This document shows positions 38,019-49,479 of a stretch of DNA of 64,000 nt, piece after piece. The notes under the pieces were generated by a model. The model ran no database searches and was not told the DNA's origin. It saw only the letters and a list, made by a program, of their open reading frames with translations. The DNA comes from an uncultured archaeon (lineage in GTDB: Archaea; Thermoproteota; Nitrososphaeria; Nitrososphaerales; Gagatemarchaeaceae): positions 640,001 through 704,000 of the forward strand of contig CAWCYD010000003.1 in assembly GCA_963799775.1 (NCBI GenBank), given 5' to 3'. How positions within the stretch are numbered: the first letter of the stretch is position 1; each line of letters begins with the position of its first letter. The position numbers and the translations under genes are program-made.

Positions 38019-39371
38019 TCACGCCACCATCGTGGGATATTCCATCTTCGTGGGCGCCGGGGCCTCGAGCCTCCCGTCCAGGTATGCCTGGTAGGCGCTC
38101 ATGTCGAGGAGGCCGTGCCCCGAGTTGTTGAAGACGATGACCTTCGCCTGGTTCTTCTCGCGGCAGCGGATGGCCTCGTCTATCACGAACTTGATCTCAT
38201 GGGCGGACTCGGGCGCAGCGATTATTCCCTCCGTCCTCGCGAACGTCATCGCGGCCTCGAAGACGCCCGTCTGGCTGAACGCGACAGAGCGCATGTGGCC
38301 CTTGTTGATGAGGTAGGATATTATCGGCGCCATCCCGTGATACCTCAGGCCCCCCGCGTGGATGGGCGGCGTCTTGTAGTCCTTCCCCAGGGTGTACATC
38401 TTCAGGAGCGGGGTCATCCCCGCTGTGTCCCCAAAGTCGTAGGTGTACTTGCCCATCGTGGTGTGGGGCACCGCGCTGGACTCGCACGCAACGAACTCGA
38501 TCGGGGCTCTGTTCTTCAGCTTGTCGCCCATGAAGGGCAGGCAGAACCCGCCGTAGTTAGAGCCCCCTCCGATGTTGCCGACGAGGACGTCGGGCTTGAC
38601 ATCGAGGATCTCCAGCTGCTTCTTCACCTCGAGCCCGATGACAGTCTGGTGTAGCAGGACGTGGTTCAGAACTGACCCGAGAGAGTACTTGGCCCCGTCG
38701 TCCGCCAGGACGTCCTCGAGCGCCTCGCTTATCGCGACGCCCAGCGAGCCCGGGTCGTTCGGGTCCTTCTCGAGACGGGACCGGCCGAACTTGGTCCTGT
38801 TGCTGGGAGAGGAAAGGCACTCCGCCCCCCACGTCTGCATCATCGTCTTGCGACCGGGCTTTTGGTTGTAACTTGCGGCGACCATGAAGACGCGGATATT
38901 CAGCCCAAAGTAGGCCCCAGCCATCGCGAGGGCCGAGCCCCACTGTCCGGCCCCAGTCTCCGTGGAGATCCGCTTCGTCCCCTCCTTCATGTTGTAGTAT
39001 GACTGGGCGAGGGCCGTGTTGGGCTTGTGGCTGCCCGAAGGGTTGACCCCCTCCCACTTGTAGTAGATCTTGGCGGGCGTCTTCAGGAAGCTCTCGAGCT
39101 TGTAAGCGCGGTAGAGCGGTGTAGGCCTTGGGAGCCACCTATAGGCTTCCATGACCTCTTCTGGGATCTTGATCCATCGCTCTTGAGAGACCTCCTGGAG
39201 GACGAGCTCCTTGGGGAAGAGCCTGAAGAGCGGCTCGGGGGACATGGGCTTGTGCGTACCCGGGTCCAAAGGAGGCGGGAGCATCTCTGGGAGGTCCGCC
39301 TGGATGTTATACCACGACGTGGGGATCTCGTCCTGGCTGAGGAAGGTCGCACGGTCTTTGGGGGAGCTCAA
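38019..39371 (-). CDS. trpB2: Tryptophan synthase beta chain 2 (TrpB2)
   Basis: [40 protein letters not shown]. Confidence 0.95.
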   Translation of the reverse strand: MSSPKDRATFLSQDEIPTSWYNIQADLPEMLPPPLDPGTHKPMSPEPLFRLFPKELVLQEVSQERWIKIPEEVMEAYRWLPRPTPLYRAYKLESFLKTPAKIYYKWEGVNPSGSHKPNTALAQSYYNMKEGTKRISTETGAGQWGSALAMAGAYFGLNIRVFMVAASYNQKPGRKTMMQTWGAECLSSPSNRTKFGRSRLEKDPNDPGSLGVAISEALEDVLADDGAKYSLGSVLNHVLLHQTVIGLEVKKQLEILDVKPDVLVGNIGGGSNYGGFCLPFMGDKLKNRAPIEFVACESSAVPHTTMGKYTYDFGDTAGMTPLLKMYTLGKDYKTPPIHAGGLRYHGMAPIISYLINKGHMRSVAFSQTGVFEAAMTFARTEGIIAAPESAHEIKFVIDEAIRCREKNQAKVIVFNNSGHGLLDMSAYQAYLDGRLEAPAPTKMEYPTMVA

Positions 39372-39482
39372 TGCGAGGAAATCGGGCGGCCATGCGTCTA
39401 ATAACGGTTGTCGGAGCCGCCGGCTTGCGCTCGTCGAACCTCACCGAAACTCCTAAAGCCGAAATTCGAGGGGGCAGTCTCC

Positions 39483-40537
39483 TTGAGACTGGTCCTGGCC
39501 GGCTTCGGGGTCGTCGGGCAGAGTTTCGCACGACTCCTGATGGCCCAGGAGAAAGACCTCGCTCTGCGATACGGCCTCGTCTCCCAGGTGGTCGGCATCA
39601 TGGACAGCTCGGGATGGCTTATCGACGAGCACGGCATCGACCTCAGGCGGGCCCTCAGGACGAAAGCCGCGTACGGTGGGATCGCCAAGGGCTCCAAGGG
39701 CGGGGCGAGGGCGTCGGAGGTGATCAGGGACATCGAGGCGGAGGTGCTCATCGAGGCGACGCCCACCAACTTCAAGACCGGGGAGCCGGGGTTCTCCCAC
39801 ATGAAGGCCGCCTTCGAGGGGAGGAAGCACGTCATCACCTGCAACAAGGGGCCACTGGCCCTCGCATACCACGCCCTTCACGAGCTCGCGAGGCACGACG
39901 GAGTGCAGCTCAGGTTCAGCGGTGCGGTAGGGGGCGGGCCCCGATACTTGACTTTGGCAAGACCTGCGCGACCGGAGACCAGCTCAAAGGGATGAGGGGG
40001 ATACTCAACGGCACCTGCAACTACATCCTGACAAGGATGGAGGCGGAGGGGGTCTCCTTCGACGTGGCTCTCAAGGGAGCGCAGGAGGCGGGATACGCGG
40101 AGGCGGACCCGTCCCTGGACGTCGACGGGTTCGACACGGCGGTGAAGCTCGTGATCACGGCGAACCACCTCCTGCTCAGCAAGGCCGGCATCAAGGACGT
40201 CAAGATCAAAGGCATCCGCGGGATATCGTCTAAAGAGGTCTCAAAGGCGAGGAAGGAAGGCAAGGCGGTCAGGCTCATCGCCTCGGCCTCCCGCGACGGC
40301 AGCCTGGTCGTCAAGCCGATGACCATCGAGAGGGAGCACCCCTTGTGCATAAGCGGGGCCAACAACGCCGTTGAGTTCGAGTGCGAGTACTCCGGCCCAA
40401 AGGTGATAATCGGCAAGGGAGCAGGCGGTCCGGAGACAGCCTCGTCGCTCCTCAGGGACCTCCTCGAGATCAGAGGCAAGATCAACGGCCAGGCGGCGCC
40501 TCAGGCCTACAGCATCGGGACCTTGAACGGAGTTTGA
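39483..40537 (+). CDS. hom: Homoserine dehydrogenase (frameshift near 39940)
   Basis: GFGVVG, HVITCNKGPLA, GILNGTCNYIL, GYAEADPSLDVDGFD, GAGGPETAS. Confidence 0.93.
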
Positions 40538-40547
40538 GGTCGAAGAC

Positions 40548-41962
40548 ATGAAGGTTGTCATGAAGTTCGGGGGGAGTTCCGTCGCCTCCGCCGAGCGGAT
40601 AAGGAACGTCGCGGACAGGGTGAAGGGAAACAGCAAGGGGCACCACGTCGTCGTGGTCTGCTCGGCGATGGGGGACGTCACAGACGAGCTCTTGGCCCTC
40701 TGCGCGGACGCCTCGAAGGGGATGGAGAAGCCGGTAGAGGAGAGGCTCGCCTCAATCCGTGAGACCCACCTTGCCGCCCTGACTGCCGCGGTGAGCGACA
40801 AGACGGTGAGGCGACAGGTCATGGGCATCATGAACCTCACCCTCAGCCAGCTGGAGAAGCTCGCGAGGGGCGCAACGGTCCTGGGAGAGCTGACACCGAG
40901 GTCGAGGGACGCGATCGTCTCGTGCGGGGAGAGGCTCTCGAACCCAATAGTGATGGGAGCTCTGATCGAACGTGGCATGGACGCTGTCTACCTCACGGGT
41001 GGCGAGGCCGGCATAATGACCGACGACAGGTTCGGGGACGCGACCCCCTTGATGGAGGTCACGAAGTTCCAGGTGAAGGAGAAGCTCGGCCCGCTCCTAG
41101 CCGAGGGCAAGACCCCCGTCGTCACGGGCTACATCGGCGCTACGCAGAGCGGGGACACCACGACGCTCGGCAGAGGCGGCTCAGACTTCACAGGCACGAT
41201 AATCGCGGCATCGATCGACGCGGACGAGGTCTGGATATGGAGCGACGTCGACGGGCTGATGACCGTGGACCCACGTCTGGAGCCAAAGGCCCGCGTGCTC
41301 AGGGAGGTCTCCTACGAAGAGGCGGGCGAGATGGCCGTCTTCGGGGCGAAGGCCCTGCACCCGCGGACCCTGGAGCCGGTGGCCGAGAAGGGCATCCCGG
41401 TGAGGTTCAGGAACACGTTCAAGCCCGAGGACCAGGGACCGTGGTAAGGCGAAACCCGAAGCTCTACGCGAAGAACGTCGTGAAGGCGGTGGCCCTCGTG
41501 AAGGAGGTCGCGATAATCACCGTGGCGGGGGCGAGCATGGTGGGAAAGCCCGGCAGCGCGGCGCGGATCTTCGACGTGATGGGCCGGAGCGGGATAAACG
41601 TCATGATGATATCGCAGAGCGTCTCCGAGTCCAACATCAGCATGGTCGTTGCGCGCTCGTCGATGGAGAAGGGCGCGAACGCGCTCGAGCTCGCGCTCCT
41701 GGGGCAGGGGGGCTACAGGCACATCCTCACGGAGAACGACGTCAGCGCCGTGGCCATCGTCGGGGGCGCGCTCAGGGCGACGAAGGGGGTGGCGGCGACC
41801 GCGTTCAGCGCTATCTCAGGCAAGAGCATCAACATCAAGATGATCGCATCGGGCTCGTCGAACCAGAACATCTCACTGGTCGTGGCCGAGAAGGACGCGA
41901 AGGAGACGGTGAGGGCGATCCATGCGGCCTTCAGGCTGGACAAGCTCAACTCTCGCAGCTGA
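40548..41962 (+). CDS. lysC: Aspartate kinase (frameshift near 41440)
   Basis: VMKFGGSSV, TTLGRGGSD, SDVDGLMTVDPR; C-terminal ACT domains. Confidence 0.93.
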
Positions 41963-41990
41963 ACTCGCCGTCCGCGGAAGCTCCGGCCAT

Positions 41991-43710
41991 CTACCCGTAT
42001 CTGAAACGGACTCCGCGCCCAGGCTCGCCAGGCTCCAGCTGGACCATCTCTCTCGGCCCTATCTCGGCGCACGTGCCGCAGCCTATGCACCCCTTCCCGT
42101 CGAAGAGGAGGGTGCCCTCCTGGACGTCTTTGATCGTCTCCCTGTAGGCGAGCACGTCGAGGCCCTTGTTCTGCCCCTCGGCTGCGAGCTGCTTGAGGTT
42201 GACCGCGTAGAGGCCCTTGTAGGACATGAAGGTGCCTTTGGTCGTCACCAGAGCGAAGCAGCCCACCGGGCAGCTCGGGGCCCCACGGCTTGACGGAGGA
42301 CTTGGACGCAGCCTCGACGTCCACCTTGACGACCGCGCTGGGGCCGTCACCCGTCTCGGAGACGCGCGGCCTTGAGATCCCTGCCTGCGGCGGCTTGAAC
42401 TTCACATTCTTCGAGAAGATGGAAGAAGAGAAGAGGACCTTTGGGAGCGTGGAGTACGCAAATCCGCTCTCGCTGAAGAAGCTCTCCCTCCCTGACCTGT
42501 TCACGTCCTCGTAGAGAGGAGCGAGCATGTCCTTGTAGCGCGACAGGTTGGAGGCCCTGTAGGAGCCCGACTCGCTAGCCAGAAGGAACGTCTCCCCGGC
42601 CATTATCCCGCCTGCTATCGCCCTGCGCATCCCGTCGAAGAGAGGCCCATATCTTGATGAAAGCCCCCAGCGCGTCCCCTGCCGCGAGATATCCGGTCGC
42701 GTAGGGCGTCTTGAGCATCGCCGTGTGCCCCCTCGGGATGTTGTGCGCGGAGGACTCCAGGAGCTCGCTCCCGTCGAGCAACTCGGCGACATATGGGTGA
42801 GCCTCGAATGACTCTAGGACTTCTCTCAAGGTCCCGACCTTCTCGAACCTCTCGGTGAAGGCCCTGACCATGGAGTCTAGAGAGGCGATTATCCCTACGG
42901 AGACGGTCTCGCGGTTCGTGACTATGAACCCGCTCCCGCTGACGCCCAGCATGAAGTCCCCGAAGCAGTCGACCACTCTGCCTTCCCCGGGCCGGAGCTT
43001 GAACCTCCTCTCGATTTCGTCGCCCGGGAGGCGGAAGACGTGCTTGATGCTGTGATAGAGCTGCCTGGGGCCTAGCATCTCTCTCAGGCCTGCGGCCTCC
43101 ACCAGGTTCGAGGTCACGCCAGAGCAGTCTATGACCAGTTTCGATTTGATCTCGCCCCGAGACGTGACCACGCCGACGACAGCCGCTCCCTCCTCCGCAC
43201 CAAAGTCCTCCTCGCCGCCCTTCTTCTCGCTGCGCTCTGTAAGGAGGCCGGTCACGGTGGTCTCGGGCAGCAGCTGGGCACCCGCGGCCACCGCCATCTC
43301 GGCGAACCACGGGTCGAACTCGCTCCTGACGACGGAGTGGTTGTGCCCTGTCTGTATCTCGACGGTGAAGAGCCCCAACCTTGAAAGGATCGAGCCCCCG
43401 TCGAGCACATAGCGCCTGAAGGTCTCCAGACTCCCTGTCTGGCGATGAGAGGATCTCGACCTCGTGGGAGATGGACTTTCCTCTGCAGGGGAGCCTGGGA
43501 CTCGAACTCCGGGATTAGGTCTATGAGGCCGTAGCCCTTGGTGAAGTCGCCATAGAGGACACCGCCGGAGACGTTGCTGTCGCCAGGGGCCTTCGACCGC
43601 TCCAGGAGCGCTACCTTGGCGCCTTTGCGCGCGAGCGTGAGGGCCGCAGCGGACCCCGCAGGGCCCGCGCCGATTATTGCTGCGTCGTACTCGGCTGTTC
43701 CAGCACTCAA
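41991..43710 (-). CDS. fixC: FixC-like FAD oxidoreductase with C-terminal ferredoxin (FixX-like) domain, multiple frameshifts
   Basis: GAGPAGSAAA, NVSGGVLY, RSEFDPWFA, AAGDALG; C-terminal CPVGCF and CIGCGTC. Confidence 0.75.
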
Positions 43711-44846
43711 GCCCTATCCGGGAAGGCTTCGAGCGTGTCTATCAGCTTTGGCACAAAGTCGTAGAGGTCGGCCACCACGGAGTACTGGGCTGCAAGATGG
43801 ATCGGGGCAGCAGGGTCCGGGTTGACCGCGAGTATCTTCTTTGCCTTGATGCCGCCTCTGTGAGGCGCAGAGCCGCTCACTCCGAGGGCGATGTAGAGCT
43901 GGGGGCTGACGAGCGTTCCGGTCTGACCCAGCTCGTGGTCTCTTGTGACTATCCCTTCCAGCGCCTTTACGTTCGCCATCACGAGCCCTCGCGACGCTCC
44001 GATCTCCGTCTTGAGGCCCCACTTGCGCTCGATGAGCTCCTTCAGCTCTGTAGCGAGCTTGAACGCCTCCATAGGGTTCCTTGGAGAGCCGTCGGCCCCG
44101 CGGAGGATTCCCATGCCGAGGCCGATCACGACGTCCGCGTGCTCGAGGTCGAAGTTGGGCTTTGGCAGCTCGACCAGCTCCTTCACGGTGAGGGCGTACG
44201 CCTTGCCGGGTCGGGGCATCTGGAGCTTCTCGACCTTCGCGTTCGCCCTCCTGCTGGGGTTGCGGGGCAGCGGGGCGAAGCTCCCGGGCTTTAGCGTAGC
44301 GACCTGAGGCCTGTGGCGTGGCGTCCAGATCTTGGCCACTCTGCTGCCAAAGTCAGGCCTCACCTGGGTCATCGTCTTCGGGAACATCTCGTTGAACTTG
44401 GGATTGAAGTAGTCCTGGACCTCAAAGTCGATGTTGTCCGTGGCAAGGCCCGAGTTGACCCTGTACGCCAGCCTCGCGGCGAGCTCCCTGCCGAACTCGG
44501 TCGCGAGGAATATGATCGCATACGGCTTCCTCTTCAGTATCATCGCCTCGAGGGTGTCGATCAGTCGCAGGGAGTGATAGGTCCGAAGCGCAGGGTCGTC
44601 TACCACGAGCACAAGGTCTGCGCCGTGGTCGATCGCCTCCTCGGGGAGGCCCCTCAGGTGGTTCCCGAGGATCAGGCCCACGAGCTTCTGCCCTACCTGG
44701 TCTGCCACCTTGCGGCCTGCGGCGAGCAGCTCAAGCGAGTCGTTGGAAAGGTGCCCATCGTCCCTCTGGAGGAATACCCAGACGTCCTTGTAATCGGCCA
44801 GGACGACCTTCGCTGAGGTGGTCGCGGCAGGCGCGGTGGTGCTCAT
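43707..44846 (-). CDS. etfA: Electron transfer flavoprotein alpha subunit
   Basis: GRELAARLA, GASRG, GQTGTLVSPQLYIALGVSGS. Confidence 0.92.
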   Translation of the reverse strand: MSTTAPAATTSAKVVLADYKDVWVFLQRDDGHLSNDSLELLAAGRKVADQVGQKLVGLILGNHLRGLPEEAIDHGADLVLVVDDPALRTYHSLRLIDTLEAMILKRKPYAIIFLATEFGRELAARLAYRVNSGLATDNIDFEVQDYFNPKFNEMFPKTMTQVRPDFGSRVAKIWTPRHRPQVATLKPGSFAPLPRNPSRRANAKVEKLQMPRPGKAYALTVKELVELPKPNFDLEHADVVIGLGMGILRGADGSPRNPMEAFKLATELKELIERKWGLKTEIGASRGLVMANVKALEGIVTRDHELGQTGTLVSPQLYIALGVSGSAPHRGGIKAKKILAVNPDPAAPIHLAAQYSVVADLYDFVPKLIDTLEAFPDRA

Positions 44847-46045
44847 GCCAGCAGCTCCTCTCCGAGCATGGACACGGTGAACGGCGTGAGGGCCCCCCTT
44901 GCGCTCCAGTCATCCTTCAAAGCCTGCGGCAGCGCGTCTGCCACGTCTCCCTTTTCGAAGGGCCCTACCTCCTTCCCCTCCCACGTCGTCTTGTCGACGT
45001 GCTTGGTAAAGACGAGGCTCTTGTCGAGAGTCTTTTGTCCGGAGGGCGCCCCCATGATAATGGCGGGACCCACTATCACGGCCGACCCGCCGAACCCTAG
45101 CCGGGCGGGGTCCGCCTGGAGCACGTCAGCGGTCCACTTTATGGGCTCCCTCACCCCCTTGCCCTTGTAGTAGTTCTCGACCACCCGCCCAAAGTCCACG
45201 AACTGGATAGTCTTTGCCACATACTCTGGTGCGAACGTCATCAGGCATGGGGCGTCCATCTCTAGCCTCTGGAGCCACCTGCCTATCCTTCTGTCGGCGT
45301 GGATGCGCAGCGTGTCGGGATCGACGTCTAGCTCCTCGACGTAGGTCGCGTGCGGGAGCTCGATCCCCATCTTCTGGGATACCACCTCGGCTACCTGCGG
45401 CCCGACGCTCCCCGTCTCGCCGTCCGTCGTGCGGATCCCGGCGACCACCACGAACTTTGTGACGTTGGCCCTCTCAGTCTTCAAGCGGGCCGCGGCCTCT
45501 TCGCGGGTGAGGTTGCCCTCCACCAGGTGACCGATGACCGATGTCTTGGTCCCTGGCTCCTCGTTGTAGACCTTGTTTGGCAGGAGGTTCTGGTCGTATA
45601 GCTCCCTCGCCTTGGCCTCGATCTCCTGCATCGAGGATGAGCCCGAGACCATGGAGATCAGCGCGTCGAACGGCGCGACGTGCCTCTCGTAGATCTTGAA
45701 GACGGCGTGCCCCACGGCATAAGAGGTCGCTACCGTGTCCGAGCCTGCCAGCTTCGGGTCGCTGAGTATGATCTCCTCGTCGACGCCCGTCGCCTCGGCG
45801 TTGAAGAGCGGCGTGAGCACGGGCTTTAGCCTGGCGTCAGGCCCCATGCTGAGCGTGACGATCTTCCCGCCAACCCGCCTCTTCAGGTAGTCTGCCCCTT
45901 CTATCGCCTTCTCGTCGTTTGGGTTCACCACCATCTCCATCGCATCGCGCTGGACGATGTTGTCGACGCGGACGACCTTCGCTGTCCGAGCCGGAACGCC
46001 TTTTACCAGTGCTATGATAAGCAATTTGCGACCCTCGCTCAGCAT
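44843..46045 (-). CDS. etfB: Electron transfer flavoprotein beta subunit (long form)
   Basis: VNPNDEKAIE, LSMGP, GSDTVATS, TDGETGSVGPQVAE. Confidence 0.9.
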   Translation of the reverse strand: MLSEGRKLLIIALVKGVPARTAKVVRVDNIVQRDAMEMVVNPNDEKAIEGADYLKRRVGGKIVTLSMGPDARLKPVLTPLFNAEATGVDEEIILSDPKLAGSDTVATSYAVGHAVFKIYERHVAPFDALISMVSGSSSMQEIEAKARELYDQNLLPNKVYNEEPGTKTSVIGHLVEGNLTREEAAARLKTERANVTKFVVVAGIRTTDGETGSVGPQVAEVVSQKMGIELPHATYVEELDVDPDTLRIHADRRIGRWLQRLEMDAPCLMTFAPEYVAKTIQFVDFGRVVENYYKGKGVREPIKWTADVLQADPARLGFGGSAVIVGPAIIMGAPSGQKTLDKSLVFTKHVDKTTWEGKEVGPFEKGDVADALPQALKDDWSARGALTPFTVSMLGEELLA

Positions 46046-46105
46046 TCCGGGGATAAAAGTATTAGGTGAAATAGCCGAAATATGTGTCGCTTCGCTTCCT
46101 CTTTC

Positions 46106-47023
46106 TCAGAGCGACCCTTCGATGGCCGCGATGCCTTCCTTGATCGTCTCCGCGCCCTTTGTGAACTGGGCCTTCTCCCTGTCGTTGAGGTCGAGGGGCA
46201 ATATCTTCTCGACCCCGTTCGCCCCTAGGACGAGGGGCACTCCGATGCAGACGCCTTTGAGGCCGTACTCCCCCTCCAGGTAAGCCGAGGCAGGGATCAC
46301 CTCCCTCCTGTCCAGGGCGATCGCCCTGACCATCTTGACCACCCCGTTCGCAGGGGCGTAGACTGTGGCGCCCTTCTTGGATATCACGTCGATCGCGACC
46401 CGCCTCGTGGCCTCCATAGCCTGGTCGATCTGGGTGTCGTCCATGAGCTTCGTGAGGGGGACGCCGCCTATCGAGGTGAAGCGTGCGAGCGGGAGCATGC
46501 TCTCGCCGTGCTCTCCGATCACCAGCGAGGTGATGGAGGAGTGGGACACGTCGAGCATCGCCGAGATGGTCGACTTGAACCTCGAGAGGTCGAGGACTCC
46601 GCCCATCCCGATCACCTTGCCCTTGGGGAAGCCGGTCTTCCTCAGGACGACGTAGTTCATGACGTCCATCGGGTTCGTCACCGTGATCGCGATCGAGCCG
46701 GGCGCGTGCTTGGCCAGCTCCTTGGCCACGGAGGCAACGATCCCCGCGTTCTTCTGGAGAAGGTCCATCCTCGTCATCCCCGGCTTTCGCGCGACCCCTG
46801 CTGTGATCACGACTATCTTCGAGCCACGGAGCGCGGAGAAGTCTGTGGAGCCTCTCACGTCGACGTCGACACCTGTCTCCGCGATCTTCTGCGAGATGTC
46901 GATGGCCTCTCCTTCCGCCAGCCCGGGGACGACGTCGACGAGCGTGACGTCATCTATCCCTGCGGATGCTACCTCGAGGGCAGACTGCGCGCCCACGCGT
47001 CCCGCGCCGAGGAATCCGATCAA
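46106..47023 (-). CDS. mdh: Malate dehydrogenase (LDH-like)
   Basis: GAGRVG, TAGVARKPGMTRMDLL, VTNPMD, GEHG. Confidence 0.95.
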   Translation of the reverse strand: MIGFLGAGRVGAQSALEVASAGIDDVTLVDVVPGLAEGEAIDISQKIAETGVDVDVRGSTDFSALRGSKIVVITAGVARKPGMTRMDLLQKNAGIVASVAKELAKHAPGSIAITVTNPMDVMNYVVLRKTGFPKGKVIGMGGVLDLSRFKSTISAMLDVSHSSITSLVIGEHGESMLPLARFTSIGGVPLTKLMDDTQIDQAMEATRRVAIDVISKKGATVYAPANGVVKMVRAIALDRREVIPASAYLEGEYGLKGVCIGVPLVLGANGVEKILPLDLNDREKAQFTKGAETIKEGIAAIEGSL

Positions 47024-47091
47024 TCTATGGTCCGCGGAAGCGCCCAGAGACGATTAGAAAAAGGTAGGCATCTCCGGCTCGAGATGTTATC

Positions 47092-47379
47092 TCAGAGCCG
47101 CAGCCCGAAGGATTGGGCGAAGTCCTCGAACTGGACGTAAGCCTGGAGGAACATGATGCCCTTGTCGCTGATCTTGTACTTTGAGCTCTTCTCTGCCGCC
47201 TCTTCGGTGAGCAAGCCCGCGCCCACCAGCTCCACTATCAGCTTCGTCATCCTAGAGTACGAGACGTTACCGCGTCTGAGCAGAGTCGTTATCCCGACCC
47301 CTTGTCCGTCCTGGTTCAGGTCGCGGGCAGTCGCGAGTACGTCCGCGATGATCTTGCCCTGGGTTCTATACTGGGGCAT
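47092..47379 (-). CDS. Winged-helix regulator (HTH_45-like)
   Basis: YRTQGKIIADVL...ITTLLRRGNVSYSRM...YKISDKG. Confidence 0.85.
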   Translation of the reverse strand: MPQYRTQGKIIADVLATARDLNQDGQGVGITTLLRRGNVSYSRMTKLIVELVGAGLLTEEAAEKSSKYKISDKGIMFLQAYVQFEDFAQSFGLRL

Positions 47380-48013
47380 TCAAGAACTCTCCTGGCTTTC
47401 TGAACGAGAACTTCAAGACTGGGACGAATAGCGCGACTAGTCCAACTTCCCTCATCAATAGCTGCAAGAATGTTAACAATAGCATGTCCGGCGCCGCGAG
47501 AGAGACCCACCAGCCTGCGGCGAGCATCCCCAGGCCCGTCGCGATGAAGAGCGTGTTAGGGTTCTTTGTCTTCGAGTAGGACAGCGTCGTCTCGAGCACG
47601 CCGTAGAGGATGAAGAAGAATGACAGGCTCTTCAGGACCGTCTCGACGCTCGTGGAGCTGACGGCGAATATGGGCAGGAGGATCAAGAGCGGCCCCAGTC
47701 GCTGTTTGACAACCACGTCCAGGACATGGGAGAACGCCAAGAAGAAGTATCCGACCGTCTGCAGGAACAGCCCGGTGATCAGCAGCGTCGACGGCGAGAA
47801 CTCGGGCCCCTGGAGGTTGGTGAACGCGCCGACGCCTTCCAGGCCCTGGAGGATGAAACCCGCGCCCAGGAAGACGAATGCGGAAGTCAGCCGGAGCATG
47901 GAGGAGCTGCTGGTCTCTCGCAGGCCCTTGTAGGAGACTGCGGCTATGGAGAACGCTACGAATGCCCCAATAAACTGTAGGGCGTTCTCGAACATGACCA
48001 AATCCGGTCCCAC
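47366..48013 (-). CDS. Approximately 7-TM membrane protein co-transcribed with the wHTH gene
   Basis: Hydrophobic throughout; overlaps the downstream wHTH start. Confidence 0.7.
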   Translation of the reverse strand: MGPDLVMFENALQFIGAFVAFSIAAVSYKGLRETSSSSMLRLTSAFVFLGAGFILQGLEGVGAFTNLQGPEFSPSTLLITGLFLQTVGYFFLAFSHVLDVVVKQRLGPLLILLPIFAVSSTSVETVLKSLSFFFILYGVLETTLSYSKTKNPNTLFIATGLGMLAAGWWVSLAAPDMLLLTFLQLLMREVGLVALFVPVLKFSFRKPGEFLNAPV

Positions 48014-48083
48014 AGACCTTAACCTAGAGTCCGGAGGGCCGATTGAATATAAAAGCTTGATGTCTGAGCTATGCTAGTTCGTC

Positions 48084-48300
48084 GGCTCATGGTTGCGAGG
48101 TGGCGCTTAAGTATGCTCACCCGCTTATTGCATGATGTTCGCTGATAGGGGGCTGTCCAGGCTCGCCAGTTCCCTGCCCTCTCTCCGGAGGGCGAAAGGG
48201 CCCGCAGGTGAAGCTATGATTGGAGACCCGGTGACGGCAATCCCAGGAGCAGATGCAGGCAAGTTGACGCTCCGGAAAGAGCCGGAAAGTTGACAGAGCC
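48084..48300 (+). mobile_element. MITE-like orphan omegaRNA element related to tnpB element 2
   Basis: 48141-48300 aligns by eye with 25629-25800 (GCTGA-AGGGGGCTGTCCAGGCT-GCCAGTTCCCTGCC, GCAGGTGAAGCTATGA, AATCCCAGGAGCAGATGC, ACAGAGCC); left end GGCTCATGG...GTGGCGCTTAAGTA. Confidence 0.8.
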
Positions 48301-48430
48301 GATGCACGAGCGGTCGACGCGGAAACGCTCTGGAAACGCCTTCCGTGAACCTCGCAGGGATTTAGTTTTGCACAACCATTAAATAGGTGTAAAATTATTT
48401 CAATAATAACTCAATCCGGAGTGCAATCGT

Positions 48431-49370
48431 TTGTCATCCGAAAGAGATTTCTCAAGACTGATGAAGTTGCAAAGGGCTCTCGACAAGTGCCCTCGTTGTG
48501 GCAAGGGTCATATGGTCGTTGACAACACGGGCGGGGAGCTCGTTTGCAGTGCCTGCGGTTTCGTGGTCAAAGAAAAGATAGAGGAGACGGGTCCGGAGTG
48601 GCGGGCTTTCTCGAAGGAAGAGAAGGACGACAGGTCCAGAGGAGGGATGCCGACCTCGATCGCGATGCACGACATGGGGCTCGCGACGGTCATCGGCGGG
48701 ACGAACAAGGACGCGTCGGGCAAGTCTCTATCCGGGTCGATGAAGGCGACAGTGGAGAGGCTCAGGACATGGGACAGCAGGAGCCAAGTCCACGAACCCA
48801 TGGACAGGAACCTGAGGCAAGCTTTCAGCGAGCTCGACAGGCTCTCCGACAAGCTCTCTGTCTCAGAGGCCGTCATCGAAAAGGCTGCTTACATCTACAG
48901 AAAGGCGCTCGAGAGAGGTCTGGTGCGCGGCAGGTCGATCTCCGCGATCATTGCGGCATCGCTCTACGCTGCGTGCAGGGACAGGGAGACTCCGAGGGAC
49001 CCTGAAGGACCTCGCTGTGGTATCAAACGTGAAGAAGAAGGACATCGCCAGGTGCTACAGGCTCCTACTCAAGGAGATGGACATCAAGATGCCGGTTGTC
49101 GACCCGGCAAAGTGCGTCTCAAGGATCGCATCCAGGGCGAGCCTCTCCGAGAGGACCAAGAGGAGGGCATTAGAGATATTGAAGAAGGCCGAGGAAGCCA
49201 GGATCTCCGCAGGAAAGGACCCGATGGGGCTGGCCGCAGCCGCGCTCTACGTGTCTTGCACCCTCGAGGGAGAGGACAAGACTCAGAGGGACGTCGCGGA
49301 GGCCGCCGGGGTGACCGAGGTCACGATAAGGAACAGGTACAAGGGCCTGCGTTCCGCGCTGGGCATCTAG
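48431..49370 (+). CDS. tfb: Transcription initiation factor IIB (frameshift near 49000)
   Basis: CPRCG...CSACG zinc ribbon, GPEWRAF, HDMGLAT, LVRGRS, GKDPMGLAAAALY, VTEVTIRNRY. Confidence 0.95.
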
Positions 49371-49479
49371 ACGAGTTAGCAAGCGATCCCTGCACGGGAA
49401 GAAAATGGAAGGGAAATTCATATTCGCTTTACATAACCGGTAATATCCATTCACGGTCTGGACTTCAGGTCTCAAGTAC

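Noticed and set aside
48125-48307. 60-aa minus-strand ORF
   Set aside because: Antisense to the omegaRNA-like element; no coding features.
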